This document shows positions 30,087-40,697 of a DNA stretch of 64,000 nt, in pieces. Under the pieces are notes generated by a model. That model was not told where the DNA came from, did not search any database, and was given only the letters and a program-made list of their open reading frames with translations. The position numbers and the translations under genes were made by a program. How positions within the stretch are numbered: position 1 is the first letter of the stretch; each line of letters begins with the position of its first letter. Source of the DNA: a virus; IMG/VR virus record IMGVR_UViG_3300037485_001404, positions 1 to 64,000 of that record; one strand, written 5' to 3'.

Positions 30087-31621
30087 TATTCTTCACCTCC
30101 TGTAGGAGTTTCTTCTTCTTTTCTCTTCTTACGCTCAGCTAACCACCCGGATAGTGCAGCACCCCCAAGGATTGCTGACCCACCATACTTCTTGAGATAC
30201 TCTTGAACCTTCTCCTCTGGAATATCTTTTCCTTGTTCTCTAAGCTTATCGACAATACCTCTGATATTACCGCCTCGGGTATGTTCAATCTTGTGTGCTG
30301 GAATGCCACCAGTCTGATAGACTTTGACCCCAGTTTCTTCTGGGACTTCAGCTTCAAGAGCCTTGAGTGCATAGGGAGAGTTTCTGCCAGCAACATCTGA
30401 ATAGAGATTGCCTCTAACTTCAGCTTGCTTTTTCATCGCTTCCCTGATTACATTCTTACCAGCTGATCGTATCTTAGCGTAATCTTCCGGGTGTTCTCGA
30501 ATGTATTCTTTCATGTTTCCATAATTTGCGAGGTCAGGGCCTAGATGGGTGTAGCTTGCAAAGGTTGCATCTGGGTCATAAGGGAAAGTAGGATGTACCC
30601 CTAGCTGCCCTACTACTATAGGCCATTCTTGCGAAGCTTCATCCGGCACTGATTGTATCATACCTCCTTTACTCATCATAGTTTTGCGGCCAGAGGTATT
30701 CTCTACGTCTAAAGGTATCCATTCACCGATGAAGTCAGGCCAAGGTCTTCCGGGCTGAACCTCCCTTAATTCTTCTGGGGATGGAGGTTTGCCCTCTCTA
30801 TTCTTAATCTTTTCTATAGACCCTCGAATCCCTTTTTCTCTTCGCTCTTCTCTACCCTTAATCCTTCTGGCTTCACTCTCAGAAAGAGCTTCAAAATTTA
30901 ATCTACTACCTCTTTCCCTATCAAGTACTCCACGGGCCTCAGGACGTTCAAAGATACTAAGAGGAGCGACTCCATCGACTGTGTGATCTATTTCGCTATT
31001 AGCTAATAGTTCTTCAGTTAATTCCTGTAATTCGGTCAGAGATACTCGATCCGTAAGTGCCGAGGATATTCTCTCCCTCGTCTCCGAATCAATGTTTAGT
31101 GGACGATCTGCATTCTCACGATAAACTATCCCCGCAAGTCTATCCCTAGCCTCTCCGATTAACGGGGTATCCCCCGTCATCGGGTTGGTGTTTCGATAAG
31201 TATAAGAGGTTCTCCTACCCGACAAGTCAAAGCTGTGAGAAGTTTGATTCTCAGGTATTGCGCCTTCAGCTACAAAATCAGGTCTTCTTCCGATTTCATC
31301 GAAATTAACCGTCATATCGCTCATAGGAACATCTGGCATAGTTTCATGAACAATAGGGATATCTTGAACCAACTGCGACGGAGTATTAGCTATGGCTCTA
31401 AGTCTATTCCTAACCCCTGTCAAATTACCGTGAGTTGGGTTATTCCTCACAGAGTTCATTAGCATTGAATATTCAGCGGTCTTGGGAGTATCATGTGCGA
31501 GCATTTCGATTTCACGCATGAGACTACGAACAGGGACATGTTCTGCGACCCTACCAGCAGCTCTAGCAACAGGTGCCATGTGCGGTACAGTAAATCGTCT
31601 GGGTCTTATGTTTACTGGCAT
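30086..31621 (-). CDS. hypothetical protein
   Basis: Long ORF; ATG at 31621 with GAGGA RBS preferred over the TTG at 31654; hydrophobic segment near the C-terminus. Confidence 0.7.
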   Translation of the reverse strand: MPVNIRPRRFTVPHMAPVARAAGRVAEHVPVRSLMREIEMLAHDTPKTAEYSMLMNSVRNNPTHGNLTGVRNRLRAIANTPSQLVQDIPIVHETMPDVPMSDMTVNFDEIGRRPDFVAEGAIPENQTSHSFDLSGRRTSYTYRNTNPMTGDTPLIGEARDRLAGIVYRENADRPLNIDSETRERISSALTDRVSLTELQELTEELLANSEIDHTVDGVAPLSIFERPEARGVLDRERGSRLNFEALSESEARRIKGREERREKGIRGSIEKIKNREGKPPSPEELREVQPGRPWPDFIGEWIPLDVENTSGRKTMMSKGGMIQSVPDEASQEWPIVVGQLGVHPTFPYDPDATFASYTHLGPDLANYGNMKEYIREHPEDYAKIRSAGKNVIREAMKKQAEVRGNLYSDVAGRNSPYALKALEAEVPEETGVKVYQTGGIPAHKIEHTRGGNIRGIVDKLREQGKDIPEEKVQEYLKKYGGSAILGGAALSGWLAERKKRKEEETPTGGEE

Positions 31622-31633
31622 AAGATATCCTCT

Positions 31634-31671
31634 AAAATAAAAGCTATCAGACAATTAAATATCTGATAGCT
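31634..31671 (-). terminator. rho-independent terminator after the capsid genes
   Basis: AGCTATCAGA/TCTGATAGCT stem followed on the minus strand by a TTTATTTT run. Confidence 0.65.
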
Positions 31672-31729
31672 CACGCATAGAGAGAGAGAGAAACAGCAAT
31701 TAGTATCTAGACCTACCCATCTGAGATAC

Positions 31730-32089
31730 TTATACCGGCATCTTCCCAGGGGGGATTGCAGCAGGTGCGCCTGCGCCCATAGCCCCAATTCCAGGTGCTA
31801 CGTCCGGTCCCTTCGGAGGTGCCGTAAGGATAGCTTGGATCTGTGCCAGTTTGTCAGGGTCAACTTCAAACCCTGCCATGGTGAGAGCTTCAGCGAGTGG
31901 GTCTTGACCCATCATATCGCCTTCTCCTCCACCCATGATATCTTGTCCCATGATATCGTCAATCTGGGATTCATCACCTTCAGGCTCTGCATGAGGAACA
32001 GCGCCCATATCATCAGCAGGATCATCAAGCATCAAGGGCTTATCTTTAGCCAAGCCAATAGGCTTTTTCTTAGCAGGAGGGAAAGCCAT
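31730..32089 (-). CDS. hypothetical protein (head module)
   Basis: 119 aa, acidic and Pro/Gly-rich; GGAG RBS. Confidence 0.7.
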   Translation of the reverse strand: MAFPPAKKKPIGLAKDKPLMLDDPADDMGAVPHAEPEGDESQIDDIMGQDIMGGGEGDMMGQDPLAEALTMAGFEVDPDKLAQIQAILTAPPKGPDVAPGIGAMGAGAPAAIPPGKMPV

Positions 32090-32091
32090 TG

Positions 32092-32958
32092 TTATTCTCC
32101 AAATGCAAGTGGCACTGCGGCCATGATTGCGTCAAGCTGCAGGACAGAAGCTGTAAAGCCAGTAGTCCACGCAGCACCGTTACAGGTTCTGACAAAGCAC
32201 TGCAAGGGACCAGTGATTACGCCATTCAATGACGCAACACGCTTGTTATTCAGATGAACAACCGTATTGGCATCCACACCGTTGGCATTGTATCCGTATT
32301 CCATCCTAAGTCCGAAGGACCCAGAAGAAGGAACCTCGAATACATCAGACTCAGTAATCGTTCCAGATGTCGTCTTACGCAGACGAATTTTACCCTTACC
32401 TGATGCAATCTGAATAGCCAGGAACACATTGCCATCACCAGGTTCTTTGGCAGGATCGGCAATATTGGCCTTAGTAGCCTGTGAACCCATAACGCCGAGT
32501 TCAGCATAAGTTACACCGGATGCCTGTGAAGAGCCAGTAAGACCGGCAATATCCCAAGCACATTCAAAAGAAGCATCAGAGGTGATCCACAAAGCATTAT
32601 CCTGGATAACTGCCATGCCTTCAGAAACGGCAGCAGCTCCAAGCACAAGACGGCCACGGTGAGTGGCTGCTGTGGGATCGATAATTCCCGTACCAGTGAC
32701 AGCACCAGCGGCGCTGGTATAGATAGCCAAGATCTGGTTGGAATTGTAGACGTAGTAAGGGTCGGCTGCGCCATTCACAGGACCTACGATGAAAGTCGTA
32801 GGAGTTGCAGTGGCTGCAATAAGCTTACCTTGAAATGATTCACACAGACCAGAAATAATACCGGACAGGGCCAAGCCTGACCAAGAGAAACGGCTACAGG
32901 CAAGATGCCGGTTAAGGGCATCCATTTGCAATTTCGTAGTTCCAAGTTGACGTGTCAT
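32092..32958 (-). CDS. putative capsid decoration / minor structural protein
   Basis: 288 aa, Ala/Gly/Thr beta-rich; downstream of the major capsid gene. Confidence 0.6.
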   Translation of the reverse strand: MTRQLGTTKLQMDALNRHLACSRFSWSGLALSGIISGLCESFQGKLIAATATPTTFIVGPVNGAADPYYVYNSNQILAIYTSAAGAVTGTGIIDPTAATHRGRLVLGAAAVSEGMAVIQDNALWITSDASFECAWDIAGLTGSSQASGVTYAELGVMGSQATKANIADPAKEPGDGNVFLAIQIASGKGKIRLRKTTSGTITESDVFEVPSSGSFGLRMEYGYNANGVDANTVVHLNNKRVASLNGVITGPLQCFVRTCNGAAWTTGFTASVLQLDAIMAAVPLAFGE

Positions 32959-32996
32959 GATAACTCATTCCTTCTGAGTTAATTGTTTCGGTCCAC

Positions 32997-33791
32997 TCAT
33001 GGTGTTCCCATGAGTTTCATCTTACGTTTTTCAGATCTAGGAACATAACCCATCAAGAATGCTATATCGAGATGTTTGTTTCTCTCTTCTATAGCTTCCT
33101 CAAGGGTATTAAAGGTACCAGCTCGTAGCGGTTTTCCGCCTCCATACACTGCCGCAGAAACCTGGACAATATACTTGCTGCCCTTTTTGTTTATCCAAAG
33201 CATATCAGGATTACTGTACGGACCAGGATCTGGCTCCCAAACTTCTTCCGTAGAGTCTGGAAAATTAAGTCTAGCGTACTCCCCGAAAAACTTACGGGCA
33301 TAGGTATCATAGCACTTAGCTGCCCGTACTTCATCGTGAAAGAAACCAAGATTCTTTAGAATCTTTTCGACCCTAATCATTACTCGATACTTGCCTGTAC
33401 CTTCATCCCAGAACACACCTTTATAAAAAGAGCTAGTCTTAAAATCGCTCCTCTTCCTGTTTTGCTGATTCTGAGTAGTATCTACTATCCTGAGATTACA
33501 CTTTCGATTGTCTAGAGTGTTTCCATTAATGTGATCTACTATCTTGCCGGAAAGGAAAGGTAGTCCTAGCACAAAGTGGCTTAGTTTGTGGATACGTTGA
33601 TCATACCCATGCTCAGCCACTCTCTTGTGAACCGAAATCCTTTCCTCCCCGACACCCCCCTGAACGCTGCAGTAGCGAGCGAGCTGGCACAGCCACTTGA
33701 ACGGGCTAGCCCTCTCAAAGTCTTCGCTATCAATCAACGCCTCGGCGATCACTTCGTTACTTCTCCAAACCTTCAACATTGCTGTAGTCAT
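32997..33791 (-). CDS. HNH-AP2 homing endonuclease
   Basis: IVDHINGNTLDNRKCNLR HNH motif, then AP2-like YKGVFW...LGFF...AAKCYD...GEYARLNF. Confidence 0.92.
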   Translation of the reverse strand: MTTAMLKVWRSNEVIAEALIDSEDFERASPFKWLCQLARYCSVQGGVGEERISVHKRVAEHGYDQRIHKLSHFVLGLPFLSGKIVDHINGNTLDNRKCNLRIVDTTQNQQNRKRSDFKTSSFYKGVFWDEGTGKYRVMIRVEKILKNLGFFHDEVRAAKCYDTYARKFFGEYARLNFPDSTEEVWEPDPGPYSNPDMLWINKKGSKYIVQVSAAVYGGGKPLRAGTFNTLEEAIEERNKHLDIAFLMGYVPRSEKRKMKLMGTP

Positions 33792-33859
33792 TCCGCCTCT
33801 CTCCTTTCAGAAAGAGGCTAACATACTCCAGCAACAAGATCAAGACGCCTCAGCAAAGT

Positions 33860-35683
33860 CTATAGAATAGATATGCTGAAATTCCGTGCATAACAGGTGT
33901 CACGCAGGTTCTCTACGGTATTTTCGCCCATTATTGTGAAGTATGACTCAATAGCGTTAGTTCTACGGCCAGAACTATTCAGGGACAGGAATGCCTTTTG
34001 CCCGTCTGCTTCAACAGGCTCCATCTCTCCGCCGTACATCTGCAGAGAGTCTTTAGGCATACCAACAACGCGGTCAAGGCGCTGCGAGCTATTCATGTTC
34101 ATCTCGTAGGTCTTGGTGCCAACTTCAATCAGCTTGGCAGAAGTACCACGAATACCCTTACCGTCCGTAATTCTACGGTCGGTTTCGGACAGGGACAGGA
34201 ACGAGCTATAGACCAAGGGATTCATGTCCAGCAGATTGAACTGCGTCACTTCCTTGGAATTAGGATCCTTATCCCGGTTACGGACAAAGTGCTCAACCAG
34301 CGTTGAGAACAGAGAGTTGAACGTCATAGGCTGACCATTCAAATCCTTCTTCGTAGGCAGGTACTGCTGGACCTGGTACCGAGGGATACCATGAACCATT
34401 CCGGTTTCATTATACAGGAGGGTTTCAATACCTGTCATAATGTAAGGGTTGATCATGGAAACATCGATCTTGGTAACATCAGCAAGGGTATCAACAACTG
34501 GATCCCAGCCAAGGCCGAGCATACGACGGGCAGAGTCATAATCGTCCGAGGTATTGAGGTACGTGCTGTTGGTGAACGAACTGAAGTCCACATTGCCCGT
34601 TGCCCAAGCTTGCGCTCCCGTAGGAACATAACCGGGAAGAACAACGAACGTAGCAAGAGGTGTCGTAGTAGCACCGCCACCGCCCATTGAGGCAGGGGCA
34701 AACACGCCGTAGAAGTTGATTGCCGTAACAATCGAAGGTGCAGTCTGGGTGTTATCCCGACCGCGATACAGCGTAGCCGTAACCGCTCCCGTTCCGTCAC
34801 ACCACATGGTAGACGATCCGCCCTGTTGAACATGCTGATCGGCAGTCCAAGTAGTGTAGGGAGTGTAAGTAGTACCATGGTTAGCTGCAGCCCGACGAGC
34901 AGGTGCAACCAGCACTTCATTAGAAGACTGGTTCACACGGACAACTCGGAAAGCATCGAAGAAGTTGATATAGCTTCCCGTTGCAGACTTGAAACCGATA
35001 GTCAAGAACCGAGGAATACAGGTTGCAAGAGCTTTGTTCACGGTATTGGTAACAGCTTCATCGTAGGAAGCATACATCAAGGAAATGACCATGCCTTCCA
35101 TAAGGTGAGCGGCGGCACCAATTGCAGTGTCAACGCCGGAGAGCTTAATCTTCAACAGCGTGGTAGGACTTGCGAGTGAGAACGTAGTATCCGTCGTACC
35201 ATCTGCGCCCTTGTTCAAAGCACCAAGGCCGATCGGCGTAGCCATACGGCCAGTACCATCGCCCAATTGCTGAAGGTTGAGGAAAGACTTCTGGAACAGT
35301 GTCTTCTGTTCATACTCAAGCTTCATGTGGGAGACATAAGCTTTCTTCTCGTTGTCGGTCAACTTTGCGGTAATCTTGTCGAAGTACATCGTCATCGTCT
35401 GGTACTTCGGCACTGCAAATCCCTGGATACCATATGCACGATCGTTATGTGCAAACGTACCACCTGTCTGAGCAAGACCACCAAAGGCAAAACCACCCGG
35501 ATCAACCGTCAGATGATAGCGAATCTCTTTTCCGCCAGCCCACTCTTTACGCTTGGTAATAGAGTCAAGACCTGACACTGTACGCCAAAGAACCTTGGAG
35601 CCATTTTCCTGTACAAACTTCAGAAGGTCTGAAGATGTAAACTGTGCATTCGAGAACTGTGAGGCTTGAGATACATTAGGCAT
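33860..35683 (-). CDS. major capsid protein (607 aa, large central insertion likely)
   Basis: Directly follows portal and scaffold; GGKEIRYHL, LGDGTG, TGIETLL...HGI motifs seen in HK97-fold podovirus coats. Confidence 0.8.
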   Translation of the reverse strand: MPNVSQASQFSNAQFTSSDLLKFVQENGSKVLWRTVSGLDSITKRKEWAGGKEIRYHLTVDPGGFAFGGLAQTGGTFAHNDRAYGIQGFAVPKYQTMTMYFDKITAKLTDNEKKAYVSHMKLEYEQKTLFQKSFLNLQQLGDGTGRMATPIGLGALNKGADGTTDTTFSLASPTTLLKIKLSGVDTAIGAAAHLMEGMVISLMYASYDEAVTNTVNKALATCIPRFLTIGFKSATGSYINFFDAFRVVRVNQSSNEVLVAPARRAAANHGTTYTPYTTWTADQHVQQGGSSTMWCDGTGAVTATLYRGRDNTQTAPSIVTAINFYGVFAPASMGGGGATTTPLATFVVLPGYVPTGAQAWATGNVDFSSFTNSTYLNTSDDYDSARRMLGLGWDPVVDTLADVTKIDVSMINPYIMTGIETLLYNETGMVHGIPRYQVQQYLPTKKDLNGQPMTFNSLFSTLVEHFVRNRDKDPNSKEVTQFNLLDMNPLVYSSFLSLSETDRRITDGKGIRGTSAKLIEVGTKTYEMNMNSSQRLDRVVGMPKDSLQMYGGEMEPVEADGQKAFLSLNSSGRRTNAIESYFTIMGENTVENLRDTCYARNFSISIL

Positions 35684-35686
35684 TTA

Positions 35687-36886
35687 TTAGCCCTTTCTTA
35701 ATTTGAGTCGTCCTTGATCCATACCCTTCAAAACTTCTTCAAAAATTCCAACAGGGTTATCTTGGTCCGCAATCAGTCTTTTCATGCCTGTTTGATTGGC
35801 TGCGGGCTGACGCTGTGAAGTAGAAGACTGAATCCTTGATAGATTCTGCTCTTTCTTGCTTTGCGTAGCTTGTCCGACTTCTCTATCGACGTTTCTAGTG
35901 GGTTTATCCTGTGAGATCAGTTCCAGAATTGGTTTGATCTTCAGGTTTAGCATAGCATCGAGTGTCTTGACTGTGACCACTTCTTTCCTACGAGTCTTGT
36001 CTCTTGCTTCCATCATAACATATTTCATCTGATCTTCAATAAGCGACATGTATTTTTCTGGGACCTTAGAGCCAAGCAGAGATCTCTTACCATCGAGCCA
36101 CGATCCAACGGTGTGCCGGTCGGCATCCATCGCCGCCTTCCTTCGATCTTCGACCAAAGCGGCCTCTCTCTCGGTCAGAGCATCCATCTTAGCCTGAAGC
36201 GCAGCATAATTCTTTAGCTTCTTCTGGGTATCTCTTTGCTGGGGATCTTGATTGAGTTCTTCTGCTTTAGCCATGATCCATTGTCTGACTACTTCATCGT
36301 CAAGGTCCTCAGTAAAGATATTCAACAGTCTATGAGGATCTTTTTCAAGCATATTGTCTATATTGTCGAGAGATTCTCTATCCTTTCTAAGAACATCTGT
36401 TTCTTTCTTCAGTGCTTGATAGTTAGAATAGACTTTATCAGCTACGATAGCTTTGGACACAATAGTGTTAAGCTGTTCAGGGGTACTAATATCGAAATCG
36501 TACTGCTTGCCGTCAATCTCTTGGCTGAATTTGTGTTTAGTGAAATCTGTCTTATTTCCTTTTTCATTAGCGGGTCGGTTTTCCGTAGAGGATCCATCTT
36601 CTTTAATAGATTCTGCTGCAGTGTCATCAGTTGACTCACCATCTCCCTCCTCATCACCTAGTCCGAGGAAATCTTCTTCCGTAGCAGCTCTACCGGACTG
36701 AGATTCAGTAAGATTTGGCATCTCTTCTGATTCAAGGCCCAGAAGCTTTTCCATATCCGCAAACATTGACTGACTATCTGTGTATCCACCTTGAGGAACA
36801 CTCGGGGTAGACGAACCTCCTCCTGAATTAGGAGTAGGTGCTGCCCCACTTTGAGCTACCGGGGTATTTTGTACGTTATCTGCCAT
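35687..36886 (-). CDS. capsid scaffolding protein
   Basis: Acidic disordered N-terminus, EIDGK motif, coiled coils; between portal and capsid genes. Confidence 0.8.
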   Translation of the reverse strand: MADNVQNTPVAQSGAAPTPNSGGGSSTPSVPQGGYTDSQSMFADMEKLLGLESEEMPNLTESQSGRAATEEDFLGLGDEEGDGESTDDTAAESIKEDGSSTENRPANEKGNKTDFTKHKFSQEIDGKQYDFDISTPEQLNTIVSKAIVADKVYSNYQALKKETDVLRKDRESLDNIDNMLEKDPHRLLNIFTEDLDDEVVRQWIMAKAEELNQDPQQRDTQKKLKNYAALQAKMDALTEREAALVEDRRKAAMDADRHTVGSWLDGKRSLLGSKVPEKYMSLIEDQMKYVMMEARDKTRRKEVVTVKTLDAMLNLKIKPILELISQDKPTRNVDREVGQATQSKKEQNLSRIQSSTSQRQPAANQTGMKRLIADQDNPVGIFEEVLKGMDQGRLKLRKG

Positions 36887-36907
36887 TGCTGTTTCTCCTA
36901 TATGCTA

Positions 36908-38896
36908 TTATATTGTCGGACCTTGCATCGTATCTACTGGAGTTGGAGGTGCCCTAGCCGGAGGTGGTGGCTCATTTCCAAATGGTTCACCCTGATCTTG
37001 ACCGGCATTTTCTCCTCCTGCCTGCAGAGGTTTTTGTTTGGCCAATTTCTTAGCCAATTCCTCGGTGTGTTTCTCACCGTGTGCCCAAATAGTCTCTTTA
37101 AGCTCTTCTTCTAGTGCCTCGAAGGTTGCACTGTGTATGAATTCATCCACCATGATAGCATGTGCTTCATGATCGTCCCATTTACGAACTTCTACCTTCT
37201 CTCCCTTCAGGATCTTAGTAATCTCTGCATCCTGCAATTTAGCAGACTTCTCAAAGATATTCTTTACATCCAACATGCTACCATCTACGAGCAAAGGTCC
37301 AATCTTACGCATATCCCCACCAGCCTTCTCAAAGAATCCACTCTTGATGAATTCAAGGAGTTGCTGTTTACGTGCTGCCGGGTCTACGGGGATGTACTGA
37401 CCATAGTCTACATCAACTCCGTAGTCTCCCTTGATATCGGCTACACTGAAGAATTCATCATTGGCAAATCCTTCAATTCCTGTAACCTTGAGCTTTCTAG
37501 TATCTGTCATGAACTGTTTGGTGATCTCAAGACCCATAACATAGATATCACGAAGGAACTGTTTCTTCTTATTGAATAGCCGAATTCTATATTTATCATC
37601 CATCTCTAGTGCCATCTGGACAGCATAAGAAGATAGCTCACGAGGGATTTGACCCTGAGAAAATTCATTCATACCGTACAGATTGTTTATCCATGCCTGA
37701 AGGATTTCATATGCTCGCCATACATCAGAAGTAACATTGGAAGGCTTAAACTGAACAGGTTGAGCGCCAAGAGCAGGGTTGAAAGTACCAATGGCAGATG
37801 GGTCATTAGTATCCATATCATCATTGGTAGCGCCTTCTGGCTTCAAGAATTTAGCTGAACCGTGGAGTGAGATATTCTCCATGATCTGAGTGATCAGAGA
37901 ATCGATGCTTTTCTGTATCTGCCAAGCGTATACGATACGGCTCATGCCAAATACATTACCTGGGATATCAATATCTGTAAGCATTGCGTAAGGGAGTCGC
38001 CTATGCTTAAAAGTATTGTTTTCCCTTCTAAGGATCTTGGGAGCGATAGGATCAAAGAAAAACACATGTGCTCCAAGGAAACCATTCCAAGGTTTACCTG
38101 GTTCCCAGTACTCATAGATAGTGAGCTTTGTCTTCTTCTTTTGTTCAGACATCTCCCCTATCTCTTGGTCATTTGAGACAGCTTTCATGTGGGTATCGAT
38201 CATGGCTTGTTCTTCGGGCTTATCAAAAGAGAACATAGCCTCAGAGTATTCTATCTCTCGTTCTTCTATAGCATGATTTGCTTTTGCCAAGCATGAAGCG
38301 TTGGCATCGGGGAAAAACTTATCTGGCATGATATTCCGAAGTTCGTAGTCACCTTCCATCTTGAAATCTACAGTGGTGATATCCACGTTCTCAGGGATAT
38401 CATCCAAAGGAAAATCTCCCCCGTCTGGATTCCATCCAACATAGAGGATTCCATTCCCGTACACTGAAGTATTTAGATATGGACCTGATTCAAGTTCTTC
38501 CTGTAGACCTGTATGCTTCTTGAAATGTGGGATGTATGCCTGAGCATTCTCTGCCGCTTTCTTATTGGTAGAGTCTTGATTCAGCGGAGTACAGGTCACT
38601 ACTGGTTCTGAAACACAAAGTTTGGAATGCAAGAAAAGAACAGCCTTTATAAGGTCTAATCCTTCTATGTTCAACGGAGTTGTTTCACCCTGAGGAGGTT
38701 GAAACAAAGCATTTGTCAATAGACCTGTATCTAATCCACCTTGAGAATATTCGCTGATTCCTTGATGGAAATGCTTGCACGCATCAAATTCTATCTTCAT
38801 GATATCTTGTTTGTCTTTAGACTCTTTGTATTTACTTGCGATTGAGGCGCACAGTTCCTCATCATTAAGGATTCTTACCCTGGCCATGGCTATCAC
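36908..38896 (-). CDS. portal protein (P22-like)
   Basis: 662 aa; YGNGILYVGW, PDKFFPD, IYEYW, FGMSRI...QKSID, GMNEFSQG; acidic Pro-rich tail; downstream of TerL. Confidence 0.88.
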   Translation of the reverse strand: MIAMARVRILNDEELCASIASKYKESKDKQDIMKIEFDACKHFHQGISEYSQGGLDTGLLTNALFQPPQGETTPLNIEGLDLIKAVLFLHSKLCVSEPVVTCTPLNQDSTNKKAAENAQAYIPHFKKHTGLQEELESGPYLNTSVYGNGILYVGWNPDGGDFPLDDIPENVDITTVDFKMEGDYELRNIMPDKFFPDANASCLAKANHAIEEREIEYSEAMFSFDKPEEQAMIDTHMKAVSNDQEIGEMSEQKKKTKLTIYEYWEPGKPWNGFLGAHVFFFDPIAPKILRRENNTFKHRRLPYAMLTDIDIPGNVFGMSRIVYAWQIQKSIDSLITQIMENISLHGSAKFLKPEGATNDDMDTNDPSAIGTFNPALGAQPVQFKPSNVTSDVWRAYEILQAWINNLYGMNEFSQGQIPRELSSYAVQMALEMDDKYRIRLFNKKKQFLRDIYVMGLEITKQFMTDTRKLKVTGIEGFANDEFFSVADIKGDYGVDVDYGQYIPVDPAARKQQLLEFIKSGFFEKAGGDMRKIGPLLVDGSMLDVKNIFEKSAKLQDAEITKILKGEKVEVRKWDDHEAHAIMVDEFIHSATFEALEEELKETIWAHGEKHTEELAKKLAKQKPLQAGGENAGQDQGEPFGNEPPPPARAPPTPVDTMQGPTI

Positions 38897-39165
38897 CTCG
38901 GTGTTCTAGTGAACCTTTGTTTGAGCTGTGTTTCTGCCTTCTTCTTCTGCAGAATTTTAGTTTCATTTTCATAGATAGAGAGCACTTTTCCGAGAGTGTC
39001 AGTATCCTTTCGGATATTGGCAATATGCTCTACAACGTACGAGGTCCTAACATCGATTGAATGAAGTTTCTTGTTTATCTCCATCAACCATCCCAGAATG
39101 AGTATAGAAAGGGAAATAAGGATTCCCAACATTGCTACAAATAAGATCTGTGTTCCCTCGTTCAT
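38893..39165 (-). CDS. small membrane protein
   Basis: N-terminal TM helix plus coiled coil; coupled between TerL and portal. Confidence 0.7.
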   Translation of the reverse strand: MNEGTQILFVAMLGILISLSILILGWLMEINKKLHSIDVRTSYVVEHIANIRKDTDTLGKVLSIYENETKILQKKKAETQLKQRFTRTPR

Positions 39166-40697
39166 CGTGCTCTCCTGCGTTGTAAATTACCTACCCATAG
39201 CAGATTTCTCTTTTGGAGATTCTGCTTATCAGCCTTTCTCTTTTCTACTGCATCGATATGTTTCTGCAATATTTCTTTCTTTTCGTCTACTGCTGGTTCT
39301 TCGTATTTCTTCAATGGAGTTGGCATCTGTCGAGAGAAGTACATCAGAGTGTCCAGGCAATGATCATCCTTCTTGACTACACCTCCCTTACCGTCCTCTG
39401 AATACCTGTAGTTATTGATCTGCTCCACTAACTTTGCTGCACCTACTCTGAATATCTTGATCTTCTTATTATGAAGCATATCCCGAGTACACATGATAGC
39501 TTCTTGCCTATTCTTTAACAAGCAAGGCTGAAATCCAAGAGATCTGGACTCTGCACCGAACCAAGCTTCTGAGTTATCATATATCGAAAGGATATACCTA
39601 AACTTAGGGTGTGGTTTCTTCTTCTCAATGGCTGCTATGATATCACTAGCTGTTGCTAGTTTACCTCCACCCCAAGTGAATTCATCACCGCAAGTGCAGT
39701 ACCAAATCCCTGTCGTTGGATCCTCTGCAAAGATTCCAATTCCTGTAGTATGTGATGCGGGGTCTACAACTCTAGCTTGTCTCCAATGATTTGGGATTGG
39801 AAAATCTTCTACTATCTCGAAGTCCACATTCTCGAAAACAGCTCTTGCCTTGGGTTCTATGTACCAGTCACCGGAAATACGAGCTGCTCTTTCATGCGGG
39901 GACATGTGAGCAAAAGCGTCCATAGCTCTGGCTAGCTTTTCCGGGTTATCTCGATAGAGAGGGTTCTTATAGAATGGCCAAGAATGTAGAGAAAGCGAGC
40001 CTGATTCTACCATACCATCGAGTAAGATACGGATGTCGTCATTTTCTACAAGAGGAGTGAAGGCAAGGTTTATACAACCGTCCTTGTCGAGAGTACGGAC
40101 AATAAGTTCATTGATAATCTGAGTATCTGGAGGAAGTTCATCAATATAAATTAAGTGACAGGCGAATCCCATTTTAGTTGAGTCTTGTTGACTATAACTT
40201 TTAACCTTGAGGATGTCTCTATTCTTAAATATTATTGAATCGATGTTTCCTTGGTTTGTCTTCTTAATATCCTCAATAAACCACGGAGGAATCATTTCAG
40301 ATAAATACTGTCCCCACATAACATTGTTGACAAAATCGATCGTCGGCCCTAGAATCCAGATTACTTCCGGTTTCGATTCGAGATATTTTATATCGAATTC
40401 CGGGGTAGACATCTTTTTCTGCCAATTCCCTTTACACCCCCAAAGATTGTAATTGGCGCTATATGGGTGTACCCTGCATATTCTCCAAGCCAGGTCTCTC
40501 ATTGCTGAGAAGGTCTTAGAGGATCTGTTCCCACATCTTAAGAGCTTCGCTAATGAAGGATCTTTGAAATAAGCTAGCTGCTCCTCAAAAGGCTTAGCAG
40601 TCGGGTTATTTGGAATAAAAGTGGATAGCAGTCTACTTCTCTGCTTTATCTTTTCCTCTAAGATGGCTTCTATTAGGTCTATTCTATCATTATCCAT
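39162..40697 (-). CDS. terL: terminase large subunit
   Basis: Walker A variant CGNRSSKT, Walker B IYIDE, coupling motif FTP, nuclease VVDP and KDDHCLDTLMY. Confidence 0.92.
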   Translation of the reverse strand: MDNDRIDLIEAILEEKIKQRSRLLSTFIPNNPTAKPFEEQLAYFKDPSLAKLLRCGNRSSKTFSAMRDLAWRICRVHPYSANYNLWGCKGNWQKKMSTPEFDIKYLESKPEVIWILGPTIDFVNNVMWGQYLSEMIPPWFIEDIKKTNQGNIDSIIFKNRDILKVKSYSQQDSTKMGFACHLIYIDELPPDTQIINELIVRTLDKDGCINLAFTPLVENDDIRILLDGMVESGSLSLHSWPFYKNPLYRDNPEKLARAMDAFAHMSPHERAARISGDWYIEPKARAVFENVDFEIVEDFPIPNHWRQARVVDPASHTTGIGIFAEDPTTGIWYCTCGDEFTWGGGKLATASDIIAAIEKKKPHPKFRYILSIYDNSEAWFGAESRSLGFQPCLLKNRQEAIMCTRDMLHNKKIKIFRVGAAKLVEQINNYRYSEDGKGGVVKKDDHCLDTLMYFSRQMPTPLKKYEEPAVDEKKEILQKHIDAVEKRKADKQNLQKRNLLWVGNLQRRRAR

